NCBI GenBank assembly: GCA_030668875.1
Contig: DAOVER010000002.1
Location: forward strand, 78,706 to 110,705
Length of the DNA stretch: 32,000 nucleotides
Origin: Candidatus Heimdallarchaeota archaeon
GTDB taxonomy: Archaea > Asgardarchaeota > Heimdallarchaeia > Heimdallarchaeales > Heimdallarchaeaceae
Direction: 5' to 3'
Under the pieces are notes generated by a model. It was not told the DNA's origin and did not search any database. It saw only the letters and a list, made by a program, of their open reading frames with translations. A program made the position numbers and the translations under genes. This document shows positions 25,495-32,000 of the stretch, in pieces (positions within the stretch are counted from its first letter, which is position 1; every line of letters begins with the position of its first letter).

Positions 25495-27615
25495 TCACTT
25501 TTTCTGTTTTTTTCTTAGAATAATTATACTAGCAATACCTAATAATGCTGCAAAGAAAGGCCAATATGCGGATGCAATTCCTGTATAATAGTGCCCCCAA
25601 GGATCGTAGAGATCATCATATGTAAAAGTGATAAAAATCTCTCCTGTGTGATAAGTTGCAAAAACTAATACATAACAAGTAATATTCGGTAGAACAACCT
25701 CTGAACTACCTTTGACAAGAAGTTCCCATGTTTCAGCATTAAAAACTAGTATGCTTGTTTGAACTACTTGAGAATCTGCAACTATACTGCGTTCTCTAGT
25801 TTCATTTATTCTGTTGTCTAATTCATAGAGAAAAACATCTTCAACTCCAAGATTCCTGTTTATTTCTTGTTTAAATTCTAAAGTCTCCTTGAGAACATTT
25901 ACAACATGAATTTCAACAAAATCCGATGAGACGAACGATACTTTTACAGTATGTTCAGGTTCTACATTAAAACTTGCAATTGTGCAATTGTCCTGATCAA
26001 CTATGATGGTCGATTCATCTATATCAGCTGCAAGAATATCGAAACCAACATTAGTTTCAGAAAAAACAATTGCTGAGGAATTTTCTTGAAGACCTATTAA
26101 TCCTTCATCTTCAGCTCCTATTAGCTTTAAGGTGATCTGTTGGTATGGAACTAAAACAAGCTCTTTCTTTTTACCAACATATAGCCTGGAATTCTCTTCT
26201 GCTGAACTTAGATCAATAGTATAGATTTCCGAGAGAACATCGTTACCCAACCAATCTTCTGTATAAACTTGGTAGGATAGATATTCTTCACGTTCTGTGA
26301 AGACTAAAGATAATAGATATGTGTCATTATTTATTTGAGTTGCATTTGTAGTTGTCCAAAAACTAACATTACTGAATTTGTAGTATACTTCAACAAATGG
26401 TACTCCTGTTACATCTTTAATCTCAAATAAAACATTAACAATCTTATCATCATTAAAGAAATCCTCACTGAAATATTCCCATGTGTCAATCTCAGGTGGT
26501 AGGTCATCTATCAGTACAACAAAAGTTATTTCTCTATATTCTCTTGTGTCTTCGTGATTTAGATGGCTAAGAGACACATCTATTTTAAGATCTAATTCTA
26601 CCGCATATTTGACAACTAATTCTCCAATAATATCTGGGAGATCACTAGTTTGGGGACCTTCTCCACCAAGAATGATATATGTTCCTGCTGTTGTTTCTGC
26701 TGCAATTTCTAACTGTTTTTGTGTTAATGAATCAGATCCACTTGCAGCAACTGTACATAGAATAAATCCTTGCGATTTCAAGCTCGCAAATAATTCATAA
26801 AGAAGCTCTCCATCATAATCATCTGATCCACCATAACCAATAACACTTCCTCCATCACATGGTTCATCAGTAATTAATACTATAAGCTTGACCGCATTGT
26901 CTCTCCAATTTAGTCTGTTTTGAGCAACCCAAAGCGCATCTCCCCAAGGCTCATGACCACCACCTGCGTCTGTTCTACTGAGAACATCTACTATGGTGGT
27001 TATATCCTTAGTTAGAGGGGTGACCAAGGAGTCATCATCATAAGGATTGGAAGAAGAACCTCCGAAGAGTATTAAACCAGTTTGTAAATCAGTAACATCA
27101 TCACTAATCTGGTTAATCACTCCAACTAAATCATCAGTTAGTACAGAAATTTCATCTCCCATTGAACCTGATTGATCGAGTATTATAACTAAATCTAATG
27201 GTTTTGACACAACAGTACTGGAAGATATGAGATCAATAATGTATCCTTCAGATAGCCACGATTCATTCTTAGCTAAATAACTTGTTGCAGAAGTCGTTGG
27301 ATTCATGATGAATCCATACTCATTAGTAGTAATATTAAGTTCAAGAGAATTTAAATCAATATTGGATAAGTTTGTCACATTGAATTGAGCTATAAATGCT
27401 CCATCCGGTAATATACTCGGAATTTTGTCCTCTCTATATGAAGGCAGATCAGTTACCATCTCAACTGTTACATTATGTAAAATGTTTGTATCTTCTTCAG
27501 TGGTCTGAATAGTAATTTTGACAGACTCCTGTATTCCATTAACTTGAATACTTGATAAAAATAAACTAACAAGCATCAAAACTAAAATCACTATGCTTTT
27601 TCTATTCAGTTTCAT
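25495..27615 (-). CDS. Cell-surface vWA (MIDAS) domain protein with C-terminal TM anchor
   Basis: Signal peptide, DLVIILDQSGSM (DxSxS), LILF, LITDE, beta-rich C-domains, FFAALLGIASIIIL-RKKQKK anchor. Confidence 0.88.
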   Translation of the reverse strand: MKLNRKSIVILVLMLVSLFLSSIQVNGIQESVKITIQTTEEDTNILHNVTVEMVTDLPSYREDKIPSILPDGAFIAQFNVTNLSNIDLNSLELNITTNEYGFIMNPTTSATSYLAKNESWLSEGYIIDLISSSTVVSKPLDLVIILDQSGSMGDEISVLTDDLVGVINQISDDVTDLQTGLILFGGSSSNPYDDDSLVTPLTKDITTIVDVLSRTDAGGGHEPWGDALWVAQNRLNWRDNAVKLIVLITDEPCDGGSVIGYGGSDDYDGELLYELFASLKSQGFILCTVAASGSDSLTQKQLEIAAETTAGTYIILGGEGPQTSDLPDIIGELVVKYAVELDLKIDVSLSHLNHEDTREYREITFVVLIDDLPPEIDTWEYFSEDFFNDDKIVNVLFEIKDVTGVPFVEVYYKFSNVSFWTTTNATQINNDTYLLSLVFTEREEYLSYQVYTEDWLGNDVLSEIYTIDLSSAEENSRLYVGKKKELVLVPYQQITLKLIGAEDEGLIGLQENSSAIVFSETNVGFDILAADIDESTIIVDQDNCTIASFNVEPEHTVKVSFVSSDFVEIHVVNVLKETLEFKQEINRNLGVEDVFLYELDNRINETRERSIVADSQVVQTSILVFNAETWELLVKGSSEVVLPNITCYVLVFATYHTGEIFITFTYDDLYDPWGHYYTGIASAYWPFFAALLGIASIIILRKKQKK

Positions 27616-27616
27616 A

Positions 27617-27632
27617 ATATATCAATATATCA
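27617..27632. repeat. Tandem 8-bp repeat ATATATCA-ATATATCA (copy 1 of ATATRTCAATATRTC)
   Basis: Read directly from the sequence, immediately upstream of the vWA start codon. Confidence 0.5.
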
Positions 27633-27681
27633 TTATATTGCAGACTATTTAAACTTTTTGTTTTTAATGTAAGTGTCTTTT

Positions 27682-27705
27682 ATATATCAATATGTCACAA
27701 TATGT
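27682..27705. repeat. ATATATCA-ATATGTCA-CAATATGT (copy 2 plus an extra half unit)
   Basis: Read directly in the divergent vWA / wHTH intergenic region. Confidence 0.5.
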
Positions 27706-27743
27706 AGAAATATTTATAATTCAGTAAATTATATGGATAATTA

Positions 27744-28094
27744 ATGGAAGAAAAATACTTGAAAAAAATGGTTGAATTACTAGAACAGATGAACAACCGA
27801 CTTAAGAGTATAGAAGCAAAATTATCTCTTGAAACAGCTCCAATATCATCTCTAGATTTACTAACAAAGATACCTAAATCTCATTTACAAACCTATTTTA
27901 CAGTTCAGGAACTTGAAGAAGCTACTTGTTCAGAAGTTGCTGAAGTTACAGGAAGATCGCATAATTTAGAATCGCGATACCTAAGAAGATTGAAGGATAT
28001 TGGTGTTTTACAAAATAAAAGAATTCCTGTCTCAAATTCTGAAGAAGAATGGAAAGGAACAGAAGTTAAATACTTTTTAGGAGAAAGTGATTAG
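27744..28094 (+). CDS. Winged-helix DNA-binding protein with N-terminal coiled coil
   Basis: LKKMVELLEQMNNRLKSIEAKL heptads; EATCSEVAEVTGRSHNLESRYLRRLKDIGVL HTH; wing KRI...EVKYF. Confidence 0.8.
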   Translation: MEEKYLKKMVELLEQMNNRLKSIEAKLSLETAPISSLDLLTKIPKSHLQTYFTVQELEEATCSEVAEVTGRSHNLESRYLRRLKDIGVLQNKRIPVSNSEEEWKGTEVKYFLGESD

Positions 28095-28095
28095 A

Positions 28096-28857
28096 ATGAG
28101 AACAATATGTGTCCATAGTTATAAGGGTGGAACTGGTAAAACCACATTTTTATTAAACATAGCAGGTTTATTAGCAAAACAAGAAAAAAAAGTTTTAGCA
28201 TTAGATTATGATCTTAGAGCTCCTTCTTTTCAGTCATATTTTAAGATGACAAAACAATCCTTCTTATCTCATTATCTACTTGAAGAAAAAACTGTTGGCG
28301 ATATAATTTTTCCATGTAAGATAGATGAAAAAGCAAATCTAGATTTGATATTCTCATCTATGGAGTTCTTGAAACAACACTCAAAACAACGGGATAAATT
28401 GTCTCGTGATGATGCAAAATATCTAGCAAAAATGTACAACTTACAGAAAAATGTTGAGAAGAAGTACGATTTTATGCTCATTGATACAATTCCAGGATTC
28501 TTTTATCGCTCAATAGATTCAATGATGATTTCTGATATAATATTACTTATTGTTACCCCTAGTACTTCAAATGTTCTCGGTATAGACGAATTATGCAACA
28601 ATATCTACAATATGCTACAAACAGAAACTAAAATGATTCTAATAATAAATAAGATAGAAGAAGAAGGTGTTGAAGCTGACAAAGAGATATTCGAAGAAAA
28701 CCTTGCTAAATTAAGAAAAATAGGCAAAGATAAATTTAGTAAAGTTGTAGAAGTGCCTTACTTTAACATATTAAGTGAAAGAATTCATGCTTTTGAAGAA
28801 CAACCACAAGAAGAATTCTTAAATTCACTTAAAGATATAATAAAATTAATAGAATAA
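28096..28857 (+). CDS. ParA/MinD-family ATPase
   Basis: Deviant Walker A SYKGGTGKTT, DYDLRAP, LIDTIPG, INK; translationally coupled to the wHTH gene (GTG 28087 or ATG 28096). Confidence 0.92.
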   Translation: MRTICVHSYKGGTGKTTFLLNIAGLLAKQEKKVLALDYDLRAPSFQSYFKMTKQSFLSHYLLEEKTVGDIIFPCKIDEKANLDLIFSSMEFLKQHSKQRDKLSRDDAKYLAKMYNLQKNVEKKYDFMLIDTIPGFFYRSIDSMMISDIILLIVTPSTSNVLGIDELCNNIYNMLQTETKMILIINKIEEEGVEADKEIFEENLAKLRKIGKDKFSKVVEVPYFNILSERIHAFEEQPQEEFLNSLKDIIKLIE

Positions 28858-28860
28858 AGG

Positions 28861-30228
28861 TTGAGCATGAAAAAACAAGAACATGATGACTCTTTAACTG
28901 AGATTAAAAAAGCACGGAAATACTTGGAAGAATCTCAGAAAAATCTAGCTAGATTAAAGAGTGGAAAAGGAGTAAAAAGAAAGTTCCGTTTTATGTTGAA
29001 GGAAAATACTTTGCTAGTAATACTCCTATCACTTTTGCTTATATTATCTATAGTTCTACCCGTTTTCTTCCTCAGACCCGACCCTATAATTAGAGATCCT
29101 ATGCAAGAGCATGTTGATACTACAATCAATCTGATACTAACAAATTTTACAGACAACTCTGGATTACCAATTTTTAATGAAACCCTACAAACTCCATCAT
29201 CTGAGCTATTAATCCTCTCCTCTCTTACTTATTCATTAATATCTCAAGCAGGATTTGAGCATGATCAAGAGGATTTTCAAGCCAAAATATCTCAAATTAT
29301 CAATACTTTAGAGAATGATACATTTGTTACTTATGAAAATCGAAGTGAACCATTACAAATTTTCTATCAATTTTTAGGACTCTATGCATTACTTCAAAGC
29401 AAGTTTATTCTAGACGCAAGTTTAGATATCATTAGTTCTGCTATGATACAGAATGTTCTTGTAAAAACTCTTGATTCCTATTTGTCCAATGAAAAATGGC
29501 TAATTATTCAACCAAGTAGTAATTCGAGCTACTTAATAGATCAAGCAATGGCAATATGGGGACTTGCCTCTTATAGACTACTAACAGGGAATAGCTGGGT
29601 ATCTGGATATCATTTTGAAGGTTTAATCCAAGACCTATTAGACTCCGTGTCAGAATTTTTCTTTAATTCTACAACTAATATCCTTTATCAAGAATATGAT
29701 CACTCAGTAAACGAAAGTAGAAATCATGCGGAAGTTGAGGATCTAATATTCTTTACAGTTGCTTTAGCCAAAGCAGAAAGATTATACACCTATTTTGATA
29801 AAAGCAGCTACAATGTTCATCAACAAATAATAAACGATTTTGTTGATGATGAATGGTTTGTTCATGCCATTAATACTTCTGACGAGGAAGTTTATATCAA
29901 AAATCAAGCTTTTTTCACTTTGGTTTCTTATCTGTTGAATCTTGGAAATGTAGGTATTGAAGTACAAAATAAAATTACAGAAAGCTTTTCGATGAACAAA
30001 GGTTTTATTGAGAAAGTTGGTGAGGAAGACATCACTTGTCAATCCTGTTTATATGGTTTGGTAGCTCTTGCTAGCAAGAACTGGAGCGTAATAGAGAATG
30101 AACGAGAGTCTGTAAATATTCCCTCATCAACTGCTTCTTCTCCTATTTTAATTTCTATAGTATTTATAGTGATAGCAGTAGTAATCAAGGTTTGGAGAAG
30201 GAAAATAGTAGTAAAAAGTAGATGGTGA
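28861..30228 (+). CDS. Membrane protein with N- and C-terminal TM helices and a helical (possibly alpha/alpha-toroid) ectodomain
   Basis: TM at ~aa 50-70 and at the C-terminus (then RRK). YLIDQAMAIWGLASYRLLTG resembles six-hairpin glycosidase helices (weak). Confidence 0.7.
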   Translation: MSMKKQEHDDSLTEIKKARKYLEESQKNLARLKSGKGVKRKFRFMLKENTLLVILLSLLLILSIVLPVFFLRPDPIIRDPMQEHVDTTINLILTNFTDNSGLPIFNETLQTPSSELLILSSLTYSLISQAGFEHDQEDFQAKISQIINTLENDTFVTYENRSEPLQIFYQFLGLYALLQSKFILDASLDIISSAMIQNVLVKTLDSYLSNEKWLIIQPSSNSSYLIDQAMAIWGLASYRLLTGNSWVSGYHFEGLIQDLLDSVSEFFFNSTTNILYQEYDHSVNESRNHAEVEDLIFFTVALAKAERLYTYFDKSSYNVHQQIINDFVDDEWFVHAINTSDEEVYIKNQAFFTLVSYLLNLGNVGIEVQNKITESFSMNKGFIEKVGEEDITCQSCLYGLVALASKNWSVIENERESVNIPSSTASSPILISIVFIVIAVVIKVWRRKIVVKSRW

Positions 30229-30335
30229 CCGAGACAAGATTCGAACTCGCGACCACGTGCAATTTGGTTTCACTAAGGAATAGGTCTTAATGATAATCCC
30301 CAAGCACGCATCCTACCAAACTAGACTACCCGGTC
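30223..30335 (-). tRNA. tRNA-Pro(GGG) with 36-nt intron at 37/38 (intron 30262-30297); CCA encoded
   Basis: Acceptor GACCGGG/CTCGGTC, D-arm GTCT/GGAT, anticodon stem CGTGC/GCACG, anticodon GGG (30301-30299), T-loop TTCGAAT, A73-CCA. Canonical BHB: TTGG pairs with intron CCAA between two 3-nt bulges; intron stem TCATTAAG/CTTAGTGA. Confidence 0.95.
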
Positions 30336-30340
30336 ATTTT

Positions 30341-30355
30341 ATATGTCAATATATC
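30341..30355. repeat. ATATGTCA-ATATATC (copy 3 of ATATRTCAATATRTC)
   Basis: Read directly, 5 nt upstream of the tRNA-Pro 5' end. Confidence 0.5.
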
Positions 30356-30491
30356 GACACACTATTTACTATCTTCTCTTTTTGTTTCTTGGTCTATCTC
30401 AACAAATCTGATTTTAAGCTTTTCTATGCAATTGCTAGATATATTTTTAAGAGATACTGATGTATTGCTGACAGAACAAGAGGAATAGTAT

Positions 30492-31874
30492 ATGAAAAGA
30501 AAAATACCTTATTACAGTGCAATAACTTTAATCTCGATTTTTGTTATAACTAACTTTTCTCCGGTTAACATTCAATCTGCAACATCTGGAGGAGTAGATG
30601 AGCAATTCGACACAACTACCTATCAGGACACTTACAATTCTAATGTTACTGGATGGGGAACAGGTCAAATTGAACTCCCTAGAAAAAATCCTGAGTTTCA
30701 AGATTTAATCAAAACTAGTACAACTGCAAGTAGCGTATATGGAGATGGAGATTACGCCTATGTAGGCGGAGCTTATGATGGTTTTTACATAATAGATGCT
30801 TCAATACCAACTAGTATGAGTTTAGCAGGATACTATAATGATTCTGTTGAAATTAACTGGGTTTATGGTAGCGTTGTTCAAGATAATAAAGCATATCTGG
30901 CAAATGGTGCTGATGGTTTATTCATTCTTGATATTACAGATAAAGCCAACCCTGTAAAACTTGGAGAAGTAGATTTACCTTCTACATCTTTAGATATAAA
31001 AATTCAAGGAACACATGCATACCTTCCTGTATATACTGGAGGAATTAGGGTAGTTGATATTTCCAATCCAACAGCTCCTTCTGAAGTATCAGGTTTAATT
31101 ACAACTACAAGTGATGCAAATGGTGTTGCAATTTCAGGAAATTTGCTATATGTTGCTGTTCATCATGCCGGTTTAGATGTTTATAATATCTCAACTCCCT
31201 CTGCTCCTGTATTTGTTAGTAACGTAGATTTAGATGGATACGCAAGGAAAGTAGAAATTTCTGGAAACTATGCATACGTAGCATGTGATTTAGGAGGTCT
31301 TCAAATTATAGACATTTCAGATCCAACAAATATGAGTCGAGTAATTTGGCTCGATGGTAACACTCGTTATTATGGACTTACATTAAATGGATCTTCTGTT
31401 TATGTCGCAGGTAGGTCTGGTATGAGTGAATACATTATGAGAATTTACGACATAAGCGACCCAGAAAATCCAATAGCTATAGGTTTTTACAATCTTGCTA
31501 ATCCTGGACTAGATGTTTTTGTTTCTGGTGATTATGCATATGTCGCAGCAGGATCAGCTGGTCTCTATTCCTTGAAAATTGCTGAAACAGGTACTCCTTT
31601 TAGTGAATCCTATTCTCTTTATGCTGTTGCTCAATCTACAACAATGTTAACCACAAATGTTGGTGAGATTATCAGCAAAGCTACACTATATGTCTCAGAG
31701 ACCTCTCAACCTGAGAACTCTTTAGATTATTATCTCTCTTCTGATGGAGGTACGAATTGGGAAGTAGTTACTGTTGGGGTTGAACATACATTTACAAATC
31801 CTGGAAGATATTTGAGATGGAAACTTGGACTGAGTACTGTTGATGAATCTACTAGCCCAACCGTAGTCAACTGA
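30492..31874 (+). CDS. LVIVD-repeat beta-propeller secreted protein, probably C-terminally truncated
   Basis: Signal peptide and seven LVIVD repeats. Paralogous to <1..1735 (YYLSSDGGTNWEVVTVGVEHTFTNPGRYLRWK vs YFLSADNGANWESVTPGVVHNFSNTGYILKWK) but stops before the Fn3 domain and TM anchor. Confidence 0.85.
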   Translation: MKRKIPYYSAITLISIFVITNFSPVNIQSATSGGVDEQFDTTTYQDTYNSNVTGWGTGQIELPRKNPEFQDLIKTSTTASSVYGDGDYAYVGGAYDGFYIIDASIPTSMSLAGYYNDSVEINWVYGSVVQDNKAYLANGADGLFILDITDKANPVKLGEVDLPSTSLDIKIQGTHAYLPVYTGGIRVVDISNPTAPSEVSGLITTTSDANGVAISGNLLYVAVHHAGLDVYNISTPSAPVFVSNVDLDGYARKVEISGNYAYVACDLGGLQIIDISDPTNMSRVIWLDGNTRYYGLTLNGSSVYVAGRSGMSEYIMRIYDISDPENPIAIGFYNLANPGLDVFVSGDYAYVAAGSAGLYSLKIAETGTPFSESYSLYAVAQSTTMLTTNVGEIISKATLYVSETSQPENSLDYYLSSDGGTNWEVVTVGVEHTFTNPGRYLRWKLGLSTVDESTSPTVVN

Positions 31875-32000
31875 AGAGTAATAACTTACCCAATCTTGTT
31901 ATTAGGGAAAATGAAGGGAAAAATTTAGAGGAATTATAAGAAAGAGAGCATATGTTAGTGAGAATAGGGATAGCAGCAAAGTTACAAGGAGTGTCAACAA
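31875..32000 (+). mobile_element. Probable left end of an IS607-family element (partial)
   Basis: Purine-rich repeats at roughly 11-nt spacing (AGGGAAAA at 31904 and 31915; weaker AGAGGAA at 31927), then a MerR-type HTH start. Lies just after the point where similarity to the LVIVD paralog ends. Confidence 0.5.
31952..32000 (+). CDS. N-terminus of a MerR-type HTH protein, probably IS607 serine transposase TnpA (partial)
   Basis: ATG 31952: MLVRIGIAAKLQGVST..., matching the M-x-x-x-I-G-x-A-A-K-L-L-G-V-S pattern. Only 16 codons are visible. Confidence 0.55.
   Translation, partial: MLVRIGIAAKLQGVST

Noticed and set aside
2009-30042. Short (60-100 aa) ORFs from the track antisense to or nested in larger genes (e.g. 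2009-2200, 5352-5561, 8402-8614, 19028-19327, 20870-21154, 29782-30042)
   Set aside because: They are shadow ORFs fully overlapping well-supported genes, with no recognisable motifs.
27616-30335. Integrated element (att at tRNA-Pro) carrying ParA
   Set aside because: No integrase in the window and I did not see a duplicated tRNA 3' end; a distant attachment site cannot be excluded.
13720-31874. Stop-codon recoding to explain the Lrp TAA and the LVIVD TGA
   Set aside because: TAA, TAG and TGA all end full-length conserved genes here (e.g. TAA 3513, TAG 6084, TGA 12249), so the standard code applies.
1-31874. Inverted LVIVD paralogs at both ends as an invertible segment or terminal repeats
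   Set aside because: Similarity is at the protein level with divergent codons; no long DNA identity or recombinase was seen. The edge placement is likely chance in an expanded family.
1-32000. CRISPR array, rRNA or defence genes
   Set aside because: No regularly spaced 25-45-bp repeats, GC-rich structural RNA tracts (other than the tRNA) or cas/defence motifs were seen.

Overview
AT-rich (roughly one-third G+C, judged by eye), densely coded archaeal DNA. The best fit is an Asgard, probably Heimdallarchaeia-like, chromosome. This is inferred from an intron-containing tRNA-Pro with a bulge-helix-bulge motif, Orc1/Cdc6, AMP phosphorylase, a longin domain, a RING finger and many TM-anchored surface proteins. 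About 30 CDSs are supported. Four features are missing from the ORF track: (i) an LVIVD beta-propeller surface protein with a PEF-type anchor running off the left edge (<1..1735, -); (ii) an LrpA-like regulator broken by an in-frame TAA (13720..14175, -); (iii) tRNA-Pro(GGG) with a 36-nt intron (30223..30335, -); (iv) the first 16 codons of a probable IS607-family serine transposase at the right edge, next to a truncated LVIVD paralog. The most unusual block is 3.6-12.2 kb. It holds a 7TM-longin fusion, a winged-helix + Rab-like pseudo-GTPase, three tandem 6TM paralogs (one with a double zinc ribbon) and a uDENN/longin-like + Rag-like pseudo-GTPase. Together these are a candidate membrane signalling system built from G-domains that have lost their G motifs. 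A second notable block (24.2-30.4 kb) has a vWA adhesin + transmembrane RING operon and a wHTH-ParA/MinD pair flanked by three copies of a 15-bp tandem repeat (ATATRTCAATATRTC). All family assignments come from motifs read by eye against remembered consensus sequences; no searches were run.
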